A stretch of 64,000 nt of DNA from an uncultured Muribaculaceae bacterium (GCA_910579105.1 CAJTRT010000008.1:1650-65649); one strand, 5' to 3'. Counted from the stretch's first letter, positions 39,057-49,309 are shown. Notes: generated by a model not told the origin, from the sequence alone. Made by a program: numbers and translations.

Positions 39057-39351
39057 AAATGAGGCATTTAGTTTCGTCAAGCTCTTCCTTGAAATACCTG
39101 TTTTTGACGCAGGACTCATCTACAAGATCCACATCTCGCCCAAACAACATACTTAGAGCGTGATGAAAATCAAAATAATTGTCAGCATAAGTGTCATAGT
39201 TGACTTCCGAATTGAAGTCCACAAGCACATCTACATCACTCTGTTCATTAAACCGAGGAGTAAGGATTGAACCGAACACATATAGCTTGCGCACCTTGTG
39301 CTTCCTACACAAGGCATACAATTTCTGCAAATTATCGTTAATCAACCGCAT
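39049..39351 (-). CDS. mntA: Minimal nucleotidyltransferase (MntA-like) antitoxin
   Basis: FGS-x10-DVD motif (FGSILTPRFNEQSDVD), L..LFGR.VDLV. Confidence 0.9.
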   Translation of the reverse strand: MRLINDNLQKLYALCRKHKVRKLYVFGSILTPRFNEQSDVDVLVDFNSEVNYDTYADNYFDFHHALSMLFGRDVDLVDESCVKNRYFKEELDETKCLIYG

Positions 39352-39538
39352 ATCTGTCTCCAATGTTCCAATCACAAAGTTAATGATTTAAATCGTATAA
39401 ATGTTCAATCACTCAGGAAAAATCCAAAACAGGCAAATTTCACCTGCCGAATTAACCTGCGGACAAAGCCGAAATGGGATTTTCGGCGAAAGGTGAGGCG
39501 GAAACGGGAAAAATGCGTAATTTCGCGGGCAAACAATA

Positions 39539-39572
39539 AGTACTTTATATCCCCGAGTACTTTATATCTCCG
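39539..39572 (+). repeat. 17-bp tandem duplication in the gmd leader
   Basis: AGTACTTTATATCCCCG followed directly by AGTACTTTATATCTCCG (1 mismatch). Confidence 0.8.
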
Positions 39573-39645
39573 GAAGCGGCAGAGACTGTCGCGGCGGGAG
39601 GCTGTATTTCCGTCAAACACAAATTTCTAATATAAAAAAGTTGTT

Positions 39646-40737
39646 ATGAAAACCGCATTGATCACCGGCATCACCGGCCAGGACGGTTCCTATCTCGCAG
39701 AGTTCCTCCTCGAAAAGGGGTATGACGTCCACGGCACCATACGTCGCTCTTCCGTCGACTTCCGCGAGCGCATCGCGCATCTCGAAGGCCACCCGAGGTT
39801 CCATCTCCACTACGCCGACCTTGGCGACTCGATGTCGATCATGCAGGTTGTCACAAAAGTGCGCCCCGACGAAATATACAACCTGGCCGCCCAAAGCCAT
39901 GTGCAGGTGTCGTTCGACTCGCCGGAATTCACCGCCGACGTTGACGCGACCGGCGTGCTGCGCATCCTCGAGGCCGTGCGCCTCTGCGGGCTCGCCGACA
40001 CATGCCGCATCTACCAGGCATCGACCTCCGAGCTTTACGGCAAGGTGGAGGAGGTTCCACAGAACGAGAACACCCCGTTCCACCCTTACAGCCCGTACGC
40101 GGTGGCCAAACTCTACGGTTTCTGGATCATAAAGGAATACCGCGAAGCCTACAACATGTTCTGCTGCTCGGGAATCCTGTTCAACCACGAGTCGGAGCGC
40201 CGGGGCGAGACTTTCGTCACCCGCAAGATCACCCTCGCCGCGGCCCGCATCGCCCAGGGGAAGCAGGACAAGCTCTATCTCGGCAACCTGTCGTCGCTCC
40301 GCGACTGGGGCTATGCCAAGGACTATGTGGAGTGCATGTGGCTGATACTGCAAAACGACAAGCCCGAGGACTTCGTGATCGCCACCGGCGAGCAGCACTC
40401 CGTGCGCGAGTTCTGCGAGCTGGCCTTCCGCCGCGCCGGAATCGAGCTGCGCTGGGAGGGTGAGAACGAGAACGAGAAGGGCATTGACAAGGCCACGGGA
40501 AAGGTTCTCGTGGAGGTGTCGCCCGACTTCTACCGCCCCACCGACGTGGTGAACCTCTGGGGCGACCCGTCGAAAGCCAAGGCAAAACTCGGCTGGGATC
40601 CGTCGAAGAAAACCTCGTTCGAGCAGCTCGTGAACCTGATGGTTGACGCGGATATGGCGAAAGTCGCCGTCGAGCGCGCCGGGGAACACGTACGCACCAA
40701 CCTCGCCGAATACCTCGAAAAAGGGATAGTGAAATGA
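39646..40737 (+). CDS. gmd: GDP-mannose 4,6-dehydratase
   Basis: [39 protein letters not shown]. Confidence 0.98.
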   Translation: MKTALITGITGQDGSYLAEFLLEKGYDVHGTIRRSSVDFRERIAHLEGHPRFHLHYADLGDSMSIMQVVTKVRPDEIYNLAAQSHVQVSFDSPEFTADVDATGVLRILEAVRLCGLADTCRIYQASTSELYGKVEEVPQNENTPFHPYSPYAVAKLYGFWIIKEYREAYNMFCCSGILFNHESERRGETFVTRKITLAAARIAQGKQDKLYLGNLSSLRDWGYAKDYVECMWLILQNDKPEDFVIATGEQHSVREFCELAFRRAGIELRWEGENENEKGIDKATGKVLVEVSPDFYRPTDVVNLWGDPSKAKAKLGWDPSKKTSFEQLVNLMVDADMAKVAVERAGEHVRTNLAEYLEKGIVK

Positions 40738-41678
40738 TGCTGAAAGACTCCAAGATATACGTGGCCGGCCACCGGGGCATGGTCGGCTCGGCAATCGTGC
40801 GCGAACTGCGCCGGCAGGGCTACGAAAACATCGTGACGCGCACACACCGCGAGCTCGACCTCACCGACCAGCAGGCCGTCAACGGGTTCTTCGCCGCGGA
40901 AAGGCCTGAATATGTGTTCCTCGCCGCGGCCAAGGTCGGAGGGATCGCCGCCAACTCGGCGGCGCTGGCCGACTTCATGTATGAGAACATGATGCTGGAA
41001 ATGAACGTGATCCACGCGGCGTGGAAAAACGGATGCCGCAAGCTGGAATTTCTCGGATCGTCGTGCATATACCCCCGCATGGCACCTCAGCCCATGCCGG
41101 AATCGTGCCTGCTCACCTCCGAGCTGGAAAAGACCAACGAGGCTTACGCCCTGGCGAAAATTTCCGGTCTGAAATACTGCGAGTTTCTCAACCGCCAGTA
41201 CGGCACGGACTACATATCCGTGATGCCCACCAACCTCTACGGACCCAACGACAACTACCACCCGGAACACTCCCACGTGCTCCCGGCGCTGATACGCCGC
41301 TTCCATGAGGCGAAAGTCGGCGGCGAGCCTTCGGTGACCTGCTGGGGCGACGGCTCTCCCCTCCGCGAGTTCCTTTACGTCGACGACCTGGCGAACCTCT
41401 GCGTGTTCCTGATGAACAACTACTCGGGCAACGAGACCGTCAATGCCGGCACAGGCAAGGAGCTGACCATCAAGGAACTCGCCGAACTGGTAGCCCGGAC
41501 CGTCGGCTACCAGGGTGAAATCCTGTGGGACGCCACCCGCCCCAACGGCACACCCCGCAAACTCCTCGACGTGAGCAAGGCGAAAGCCCTCGGCTGGACT
41601 TACTCCACGGAGCTGCCCGACGGCATACGTCTGAGCTACGACGACTTCCTCAACAACCCTATGCGCGCCGAGCGCTAA
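40734..41678 (+). CDS. fcl: GDP-L-fucose synthase
   Basis: [51 protein letters not shown]. Confidence 0.97.
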   Translation: MMLKDSKIYVAGHRGMVGSAIVRELRRQGYENIVTRTHRELDLTDQQAVNGFFAAERPEYVFLAAAKVGGIAANSAALADFMYENMMLEMNVIHAAWKNGCRKLEFLGSSCIYPRMAPQPMPESCLLTSELEKTNEAYALAKISGLKYCEFLNRQYGTDYISVMPTNLYGPNDNYHPEHSHVLPALIRRFHEAKVGGEPSVTCWGDGSPLREFLYVDDLANLCVFLMNNYSGNETVNAGTGKELTIKELAELVARTVGYQGEILWDATRPNGTPRKLLDVSKAKALGWTYSTELPDGIRLSYDDFLNNPMRAER

Positions 41679-41701
41679 ACGGCACTAAGCCCGACACAGC
41701 T

Positions 41702-43036
41702 ATGAAGATCATCCTCTTATCCGGCGGCTCCGGCAAACGCCTGTGGCCCCTTTCAAACAACTCCCGTTCCAAACAGTTCCTCCGCGTCCTCACCAGGCCC
41801 GACGGCGGCAAGGAATCGATGATACAGCGCGTGGTCAGACAGATCCGCGAAGCCGGGCTGACCGACGAGATCGTTGTCGCGACCGGCATCAACCAGCTCG
41901 ACGCCATAGGCATACAGCTCGGCAAGGACACCGCCGTCGTGACCGAGCCGGAACGCCGCGACACTTTCCCCGCGATCGCCCTGGCGTGCTCCTACCTCCG
42001 CTCGCAAGGCACCTCGCCCGACGAGCCGGTGATAGTCATGCCCTGCGACTCATATACCGAGAACAGCTATTTCTCGACCATCGGCCTTATGGCCAAGGCG
42101 GTGGAAGATGGAGTGGCCGACCTGGTGCTCATGGGCGTGCGCCCTACTTACCCCTCGGCCAAATACGGCTACGTCGTTCCGGCGGCGGAGCCAGTCGACG
42201 GCAAGCCTACCCCGGTGGCGCGCTTCACAGAGAAACCCGACGTTCCCGAGGCCGAAAGGCTCATCAGCGAGGGCGCTCTCTGGAACGGCGGCGTGTTCGC
42301 CTTCCGCCTGGGCTACCTCTCGGCCATCTCCGACCACTATATGCCAGGTGCTGCCTTCGACGCCCTCCGCGCCGCCTACGGCAGCCTCCCGAAAATCAGT
42401 TTCGACTACGAGGTGGTGGAGAAAGCCGACTCGGTAGCGGTGATTCCATTCGCGGGCGACTGGCGCGACCTCGGCACATGGAACACCCTCACCGACGAGC
42501 TGTCGGACCTCACCCACGGCAACGTCATCACCGACGCCTGCTCCTCGACCTATGTGATCAACGAGCTGGAAATCCCCGTGGTCTGCATCGGCGCGAAGGA
42601 TTTCGTCGTGGCCGCGTCGCCCGACGGCATACTCGTATCGGAACGCAAGCTCAGCGAGAACCTCAAACACCTCGTCGGCGACCTCGGAAAACGCCCCATG
42701 TACGAGGAGCGCCGCTGGGGCACCTACAAGGTAATCGACATGGTGGAGTTCCCTGACGGCTACTGCGCCCTGACCAAGCAGCTGACCATCAACCCCGGCT
42801 GCGCCCTGAGCTACCAGCGCCACAACTGCCGCGACGAGGTGTGGACCATCATCAACGGCAGCGGCGAAATCGTGCTCGACGGCGAGCGCCGCGCCGTGGG
42901 CCGCGGCGACGTCATCACCATCCCCCGCGGGCAGATGCACACCCTCCGCGCCACCACCTCCCTGACATTCATCGAGGTGCAGCAGGGCACCAACCTCGTA
43001 GAGGAAGACATCGAGCGCTTCCCCTTCACCTGGTAA
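41702..43036 (+). CDS. manC: Mannose-1-phosphate guanylyltransferase with C-terminal cupin (PMI-type) domain
   Basis: LSGGSGKRLWPLS...KQF, EP..RDT, YGY, F.EKP, SFDYEV.EK, W.DLGTW, cupin SYQRH..R.EVW; start MKIILL at 41702. Confidence 0.93.
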   Translation: MKIILLSGGSGKRLWPLSNNSRSKQFLRVLTRPDGGKESMIQRVVRQIREAGLTDEIVVATGINQLDAIGIQLGKDTAVVTEPERRDTFPAIALACSYLRSQGTSPDEPVIVMPCDSYTENSYFSTIGLMAKAVEDGVADLVLMGVRPTYPSAKYGYVVPAAEPVDGKPTPVARFTEKPDVPEAERLISEGALWNGGVFAFRLGYLSAISDHYMPGAAFDALRAAYGSLPKISFDYEVVEKADSVAVIPFAGDWRDLGTWNTLTDELSDLTHGNVITDACSSTYVINELEIPVVCIGAKDFVVAASPDGILVSERKLSENLKHLVGDLGKRPMYEERRWGTYKVIDMVEFPDGYCALTKQLTINPGCALSYQRHNCRDEVWTIINGSGEIVLDGERRAVGRGDVITIPRGQMHTLRATTSLTFIEVQQGTNLVEEDIERFPFTW

Positions 43037-43073
43037 ACCCATCATCCAACCACCGGTAACCAAACCGCATAAC

Positions 43074-43104
43074 GTAGGGACGCACGGCTCGTGCGTCCTT
43101 TTTT
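43074..43104 (+). repeat. Single GTAG-type REP followed by a T-tract (REP acting as terminator)
   Basis: GTAGGGACGCACGGCTCGTGCGTCC-TTTTTT; a degenerate half copy (CGTAGGGATGCAC) lies at 43161. Confidence 0.8.
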
Positions 43105-43287
43105 ATCCCCCCTCCGGCCCAGGAAGCGGAATATCAATCTCATAAGGCATTGGTTATCAACGTAGGGATGCACCCCCGCCATTCCCGTAAATACAGACAC
43201 CATATATTACACACATTCGCGCTTGACTTTTGCGAATTACGATATAATCCGTATCTTTGCGGCGAAACCAAAACATATCACAGCAAT

Positions 43288-45267
43288 ATGATTAAAAAGC
43301 TACTGCTTACCCCTCTAATTTTAACAGCTTTTAACTTAACCGCTGTCGAATTTTTCAAGGACGGCATCGCTTACGAGCTGCAATACGGCACAGGCAGCTA
43401 TCTCGACGTTGTTGCCAAACCCGACGGAAGCAAATACACCGGAAACATCACCATCCCTTCTTACCCCGACGTTCAGAACAGCGGCACAAGCAAAGGACCA
43501 TGGCCGGTTTGCGTGATACAAGGCGACGCTTTCGCCGGATGCGGCGAACTCACCTCGATAACGCTCCCGGAGACACTGACCGGAATATGGACTGCCTACC
43601 AATACCCTGACCACGACGCCACATTTGAATGGGGCGCTTTCGGCGGTTGCAGGAAACTGACAGCCATAACCATACCGGCAAAAGTCAGCCGTATCGAGCC
43701 ATACACGTTTGCCGACTGCACATCGCTAAAAACTTTGTCGATACCGGCATCGGTCCGTTACTCCAACTATGAGTCACTCGCACCATGGTGCACGTCAATG
43801 ACTTCCATCACCGTTGATTCCAAGAATCAAGACCTATACGCCAAAGACGGCATACTTTATTATTTTGAATCGGAGGACGCCAACTATCATCACCGCGACG
43901 AATATTGCCTCATTACCTGCCCTGCCGGAAAGACATCGGCCACCATCGCCGCCAACACCACACTCATAGGGACACACGCTTTCGCCGGTTGCTCGAAAAT
44001 CACCAAAGTGTCGATACCGGGCAGTTGCACCGCGGTAGGCAGCTGCGCTTTCGAGGGGTGTACCAGGCTTACGTCTGTCGAATGTATAGCTATTGAACCT
44101 CCCGCAGTCGGCAACGACACATTCGAAGCCGCCACACTAAAAGGCACGCTCACAGTTCCCGAGTGTGCCCTTGACGCTTACAAGGCCCACGAGGTGTGGG
44201 GCAAGTTCAAGACCATCAAAGGAGTGGCCACCACATTCACTTCCAACGGAATCGTGTATGACATCCTGGATCATTCCTACAAGTTCGCCTATGTCGCCTA
44301 CAATAAGTCGAAGACCGGGAAAGTCACCATACCGGCGACCGTAACCAACAACGGAATGGAATACTCCGTGGTATACATCGCCGAGCAGGCGTTCTCACCA
44401 AGCGTATCCACCGCCAACGAACAAGTCACATCGGTTTCGATTCCAGCCTCGATGTTATCAATCGAAAACACCGCGTTTTACGACTGCCAGTCGCTTACGT
44501 CAATCTCCGTGGATGCCGGAAACCAGTATTTCAGTGCAAAGGACGGCATCCTCTATGACAAGGACAAAGCAAACCTGCTCGTATGCCCCCGCGGCAAAAC
44601 CGGGAGTGTCACCATACCCTCGGGAGTCGCGACAGTTACCGCCCGCTCGTTCGAGGGTTGCGCGGGAATCACTTCCGTTTCCTTCCCCTCCTCGGTCGAG
44701 ACCATCGGTGAGAATGCCTTCACTGACTGCCTCGGACTAACAGATGTCAACCTCGGCAACGGGTTGAAAGAGGTCGGAGAAAACGCCTTTTGGAACTGCG
44801 GACTTACAGAGCTGACGCTTCCCGCGTCGGTCGAGACCGTGAACTATTACAGCTTCAACATGCCATCGCTCCGCAACGTCACGTCCCTCCGTCTCGGCGC
44901 ACCGTTCTCCTACGCCGACCTCGTCTTCAGCCCGGAGACATACGAAGGTGGAATCCTCTTCGTCGAACCCGGTTATGAAAAGGGGTACAGCACCGCCCGC
45001 GGCTTCTCCAACTTCAATAGAATACTGGCAATAGGCACCTCCGGCATCACGTCAGCCGATACGGAAGCCGTCGCAGTGGCATCCCTCAACGGCGGCATAA
45101 TTATCAAGGGCGCGCCTGCGGGAATACCGGTCAAAGTGCTATCCGCCGACGGCTCGCTCATCCGAGTTGACAACACCGACGCCAAACCGACCGTAATTTC
45201 AAGGCTGCGCCCAGGCCTGTACATCGTCGCCGTCGGCGCGACAACAGCCAAAATAATCCTCAACTAA
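43288..45267 (+). CDS. BspA-like (TpLRR/LRR_5) surface protein with T9SS-like tail
   Basis: Repeated AF.GC..LTSITIP..V..I motifs, DGILY..D...L..CP.GK units, C-terminal LRPGLYIV...K; start MIKKLL at 43288. Confidence 0.9.
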   Translation: MIKKLLLTPLILTAFNLTAVEFFKDGIAYELQYGTGSYLDVVAKPDGSKYTGNITIPSYPDVQNSGTSKGPWPVCVIQGDAFAGCGELTSITLPETLTGIWTAYQYPDHDATFEWGAFGGCRKLTAITIPAKVSRIEPYTFADCTSLKTLSIPASVRYSNYESLAPWCTSMTSITVDSKNQDLYAKDGILYYFESEDANYHHRDEYCLITCPAGKTSATIAANTTLIGTHAFAGCSKITKVSIPGSCTAVGSCAFEGCTRLTSVECIAIEPPAVGNDTFEAATLKGTLTVPECALDAYKAHEVWGKFKTIKGVATTFTSNGIVYDILDHSYKFAYVAYNKSKTGKVTIPATVTNNGMEYSVVYIAEQAFSPSVSTANEQVTSVSIPASMLSIENTAFYDCQSLTSISVDAGNQYFSAKDGILYDKDKANLLVCPRGKTGSVTIPSGVATVTARSFEGCAGITSVSFPSSVETIGENAFTDCLGLTDVNLGNGLKEVGENAFWNCGLTELTLPASVETVNYYSFNMPSLRNVTSLRLGAPFSYADLVFSPETYEGGILFVEPGYEKGYSTARGFSNFNRILAIGTSGITSADTEAVAVASLNGGIIIKGAPAGIPVKVLSADGSLIRVDNTDAKPTVISRLRPGLYIVAVGATTAKIILN

Positions 45268-45424
45268 CCATTCGCCCCACAACGCATAGCGTGGGAAACT
45301 GGATTTTGGTAACACTGCCCGTAATTTGTGTTATGCGCGATCGCGAAGTTAGGAATAACTTCGCGATTGTGATATAGTACACCGACCAGAACTCCGCTTA
45401 TACCAATCAAAATTCCGCATATCT

Positions 45425-46930
45425 ATGAAAAAAGGCCGAAAGGGGACGTATCGGAAAATCCGCATAGCGCTCGCCGCCATATTCTTCCTGTGCGTGACGC
45501 TGCTCTTCCTCGACTTCACGGGCACGGCGCACCAGTGGCTCGGATGGACTGCCAGAATCCAGCTACTCCCGGCGCTGCTCGCCCTCAACATCGGGGTTAT
45601 CATAGCCCTGGTGGCTCTGACGCTGCTGATGGGGAGGGTCTACTGCTCCGTGATCTGCCCGCTGGGAGTGATGCAGGACATTTTCGGATGGCTCGGGAAA
45701 AAGAGCAAAAGAAACCGATACTCGTTCTCGCCGGCAAAAAAAACGCTCCGTTACTCGATGCTCGCCGTCATGGCGCTCGCAATAATCCTCGGCATCGGTT
45801 CGGTTGTGGCGCTGCTTGCCCCATACAGCGCCTACGGCCGCATAGCGCAGAACCTTTTGCAACCCATATGGATCTGGGGAAACGACCTGCTGGCCGACTG
45901 GGCCGCGAGCCGCGACAGCTACGCCTTCCACCATGCCGACGTATGGCTCCGCGGCACAGCCACTTTCGCAATCGCCGCGGCCACGCTCGCGATTCTCGGC
46001 TTCCTCGCCTGGCGTAACGGACGCACCTACTGCAACACCATATGCCCCGTGGGTACCATGCTGGGATTTCTCTCGCGCTTCTCGCTACTTAAACCCGTGA
46101 TCGACACATCGAAATGCAACGGCTGCGGCCTCTGCGCGCGCAACTGCAAGGGGGCGTGCATCGACAGCAAGAACCACGCGATCGACTACTCGCGGTGTGT
46201 GGCCTGCATGGACTGCCTCGAGAAGTGCTCGCAGGGAGCCATATCTTACACCATCGCCCGCAAAACCGCCCACACCGCGGAAAGCAATCCCGCCGGCACA
46301 GACAGCTCGCGCCGGGCATTCATGACCGCCGCCGTCGCGGCAGGCACCACCGCGCTCCTCAAAGCGGAGGAAAAGACGGTCGACGGCGGCCTGGCGGCGA
46401 TTACCGAAAAGAAGATTCCCGCCCGCACAACCCCTATCGTGCCACCCGGCGCACGGGGCATAAAGCACCTCACACGCCACTGCACCGGTTGCCAGCTCTG
46501 CGTGGCCGTCTGCCCCAACGGGGTGCTTCGCCCCTCTACCGATCCGGAAACCCTTATGCAGCCCCGGTCTTCCTACGAGCGAGGCTACTGCCGCCCCGAA
46601 TGTACCAGGTGCTCGGAGGTGTGCCCCGCGGGAGCCATCGTAAAGATTGACCGGGCCGACAAGTCGTCAATCCAGATCGGCCACGCCGTATGGATCAAGG
46701 AAAACTGCGTGCCGCTGACCGACGGCGTGGAGTGCGGCAACTGCGCACGCCACTGCCCTGTCGGCGCAATCCAGATGATTTCCTCCGACAGTGAGAGCCC
46801 CGACTCGCCCAAAATCCCGGTAGTTAACGCCGAACGCTGCATCGGCTGCGGCGCGTGCGAGAACCTCTGCCCCGCCAGGCCGTTCAGCGCCATATACGTC
46901 GAGGGACACGAACGGCACAGGACAATCTAA
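45425..46930 (+). CDS. Membrane polyferredoxin (NapH/NapG-MauM-like 4Fe-4S protein)
   Basis: TM helices, GR.YC..ICP.G twice, multiple CxxCxxCxxxCP motifs, internal SRRAFM before a hydrophobic stretch. Confidence 0.9.
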   Translation: MKKGRKGTYRKIRIALAAIFFLCVTLLFLDFTGTAHQWLGWTARIQLLPALLALNIGVIIALVALTLLMGRVYCSVICPLGVMQDIFGWLGKKSKRNRYSFSPAKKTLRYSMLAVMALAIILGIGSVVALLAPYSAYGRIAQNLLQPIWIWGNDLLADWAASRDSYAFHHADVWLRGTATFAIAAATLAILGFLAWRNGRTYCNTICPVGTMLGFLSRFSLLKPVIDTSKCNGCGLCARNCKGACIDSKNHAIDYSRCVACMDCLEKCSQGAISYTIARKTAHTAESNPAGTDSSRRAFMTAAVAAGTTALLKAEEKTVDGGLAAITEKKIPARTTPIVPPGARGIKHLTRHCTGCQLCVAVCPNGVLRPSTDPETLMQPRSSYERGYCRPECTRCSEVCPAGAIVKIDRADKSSIQIGHAVWIKENCVPLTDGVECGNCARHCPVGAIQMISSDSESPDSPKIPVVNAERCIGCGACENLCPARPFSAIYVEGHERHRTI

Positions 46931-46949
46931 ACAACACCCTGATAAAGCG

Positions 46950-48359
46950 ATGAGACAGATCAAAAACATAGACCGCCGCGAATTTCTAAAACGCCTCGGA
47001 GCGGGGGCGGCGGGAGCTTCGGCAGCCGCCCTGGCCGGATGCGGAGCCAACGACGGGAAGACCGCGCAAGCCATCGTGTCGCAGACGGAAATCCCCACCG
47101 ACGGCATGACCTACCGCGTCAACCCAACGACCGGCGACAAGGTGTCGCTCCTGGGATACGGATGCATGCGCTGGCTCGACATGGGAGGCGGCGCGGGGAG
47201 CGATGCCGCCTCCGATCTTGACCAGGAAACCATCAACTCGCTGGTTGACTACGCCATAGCCCACGGAGTAAACTATTTCGACACATCGCCCGCCTACTGC
47301 ATAGGGCGCTCGGAACGGGCCACGGGGATAGCGCTGAAACGGCATCCCCGCGACAAGTACTTCATAGCCACCAAACTGTCGAATTTCGCGCCGTCGACCT
47401 GGACCCGCGAGGCGTCGCTCGGGATGTACCACAACTCGTTCAAGGAGCTGCAAGTCGACTACATCGACTACCTGCTCCTTCACGGCGTGGGCATGGGTAG
47501 CGGCATGGAGGAGTTCAACGCCCGCTATATCGACAACGGCGTGCTCGACTACCTTCTGAAAGAGCGCGAGGCAGGCCGCATACGCAACCTCGGTTTCTCC
47601 TACCATGGCGACGTGGCCGTGTTCGACCACATGCTGGCCAACCATGACAAATACAAGTGGGACTTCGCGCAGATCCAGCTCAACTACCTCGACTGGGAAC
47701 ACGCCAAGGAGATAAACCCGAGAAACACAAACGCCGAATACCTCTACGGCGAGCTGGCCAAACGCGGAATCCCGGCCATAATAATGGAACCCCTGTTAGG
47801 CGGACGGCTGTCAAACGTGCCCGACCACATCGTCGCACGGCTGAAACAGGCCGAGCCGGAACGGAGCGTGGCCTCCTGGGCCTTCCGGTTCGCGGGGAGC
47901 TTCCCCGACGTGCTGACTGTGCTGAGCGGCATGACCTATATGGAGCATCTGCAAGACAACCTCCGGTCGTTCGCCCCGCTCGTCCCCCTGACCGACGCAG
48001 ACCGCGGTTTCCTCTACGAGACGGCCAACCTGATGGTCCAGTACCCCACCGTCCCATGCAACGACTGCAAATATTGCATGCCGTGCCCCTACGGGCTCGA
48101 CATACCCGCCATACTGCTGCACTACAACAAATGCGTCAATCAGGGGAACGTGCCCGAAAGCCGCCAGGCCGAGAACTACCGACAGGCGCGTCAGGCTTTC
48201 CTGGTGGGTTACGACCGCAGCGTGCCGAAACTCCGGCAGGCCAGTCACTGCATCGGCTGCGGCCAGTGCGCACCACATTGCCCGCAGAGCATCAATATTC
48301 CCAAGGAGCTGCAAAGAATCGATAGTTTCGTGGAACAACTAAAACAAGGCACGCTTTGA
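46950..48359 (+). CDS. Aldo/keto reductase with C-terminal 4Fe-4S dicluster and Tat/lipoprotein signal
   Basis: DRREFLK...ALAG-C, LGYGCMR, NYFDTSPAY, IATKL, YLLH, MEPLLGG, CNDCKYCMPCP, CIGCGQCAPHCPQ. Confidence 0.92.
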   Translation: MRQIKNIDRREFLKRLGAGAAGASAAALAGCGANDGKTAQAIVSQTEIPTDGMTYRVNPTTGDKVSLLGYGCMRWLDMGGGAGSDAASDLDQETINSLVDYAIAHGVNYFDTSPAYCIGRSERATGIALKRHPRDKYFIATKLSNFAPSTWTREASLGMYHNSFKELQVDYIDYLLLHGVGMGSGMEEFNARYIDNGVLDYLLKEREAGRIRNLGFSYHGDVAVFDHMLANHDKYKWDFAQIQLNYLDWEHAKEINPRNTNAEYLYGELAKRGIPAIIMEPLLGGRLSNVPDHIVARLKQAEPERSVASWAFRFAGSFPDVLTVLSGMTYMEHLQDNLRSFAPLVPLTDADRGFLYETANLMVQYPTVPCNDCKYCMPCPYGLDIPAILLHYNKCVNQGNVPESRQAENYRQARQAFLVGYDRSVPKLRQASHCIGCGQCAPHCPQSINIPKELQRIDSFVEQLKQGTL

Positions 48360-48790
48360 CAACTAAGAGGCACAATCTCAACGAGATACTGCGCAAGGGG
48401 AACCACTCCCTCGTCGTAGGAGCGGCCGACGGCACTATCGCCACTTTCAACGGCCGCGGTATCGCCGACCTCTATGGCATCCTCGCAAGCAGCAGCCTAC
48501 TGCGAGACGCCGACGTGGCCGACAAGGTCGTGGGCAAAGGAGCCGCCGCTCTGATGATCTTAGGCGGTGTGCGCTCCCTCAGCACCGCCGTGATCAGCGC
48601 TCCGGCTCTCGGACTGTTCCGGCAGGTTCCCGCGATAGAGGTCAGGTTCGAGAAAAAGGTGCCGAACATCATCAACCGCAAAGGGGACGGCCCCTGTCCC
48701 GTTGAAACCATCTGCGGGCCATACGCTACCGCGGAAGAGTGTCTGCCCCTGATTACCAGATTTATCCAATCACAAAACCACGCAAAATGA
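48356..48790 (+). CDS. DUF1893 (TM1506-like) protein
   Basis: RGIADL, ADKVVGKGAAALM, IS.PAL, I.NR.G...CP.E; TTG start overlapping the AKR stop. Confidence 0.82.
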   Translation: MTTKRHNLNEILRKGNHSLVVGAADGTIATFNGRGIADLYGILASSSLLRDADVADKVVGKGAAALMILGGVRSLSTAVISAPALGLFRQVPAIEVRFEKKVPNIINRKGDGPCPVETICGPYATAEECLPLITRFIQSQNHAK

Positions 48791-49299
48791 ACAACTCCGC
48801 CACCTCCCTACGACTTTACTCGCTCGGTTACAGCGAACTCCGCACATACATCGCGGCCGCTATCTTTATAATCGGCAACATAGCGCTGCCGCAGCTCGCC
48901 CACCTCACAGCCGCCGGAGGGCCTACATGGCTGCCGATATACTTTTTCACCCTCGTAGGAGCTTATAAATACGGCTGGAAAACGGGCCTTATCACCGCGG
49001 CGGCGTCCCCGCTGGCGAACTCCTGGCTGTTCGGCATGCCCCACCCCGCGGCTCTTCCGGCAATCCTTCTGAAATCTGTCCTTCTGGCAATATTCGCGGG
49101 GATAGCGGCCAACCGCTTCAAAAAAGCGTCGCTATGGATGCTCGCGGTGGTTGTACTGGCCTACCAGGCTGTCGGCACCCTCGGCGAATGGGCCATGGCC
49201 GGCGACTTTTTCACAGCCGCCCAGGATTTCCGCATCGGCCTCCCCGGCATGCTGTTACAGATTTTTGGCGGCTGGATTGTCATCAACCAACTGAAATAA
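48787..49299 (+). CDS. ECF transporter S-component-like membrane protein
   Basis: ~170 aa, ~5-6 TM, LPQ..H....G...LPIYFF.L...Y..G...GL.....SP, PGMLLQ; ATG overlaps the DUF1893 stop. Confidence 0.72.
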   Translation: MNNSATSLRLYSLGYSELRTYIAAAIFIIGNIALPQLAHLTAAGGPTWLPIYFFTLVGAYKYGWKTGLITAAASPLANSWLFGMPHPAALPAILLKSVLLAIFAGIAANRFKKASLWMLAVVVLAYQAVGTLGEWAMAGDFFTAAQDFRIGLPGMLLQIFGGWIVINQLK

Positions 49300-49309
49300 C
49301 AAGAAACGC

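Noticed and set aside
45290..45330. GGGAAACTGG...ACTGCCCGTAATTTGT resembling a cobalamin riboswitch core
   Set aside because: The T-loop hairpin and B12 box are not recognisable, and the segment lies upstream of the apparent promoter; it would need cmscan support.
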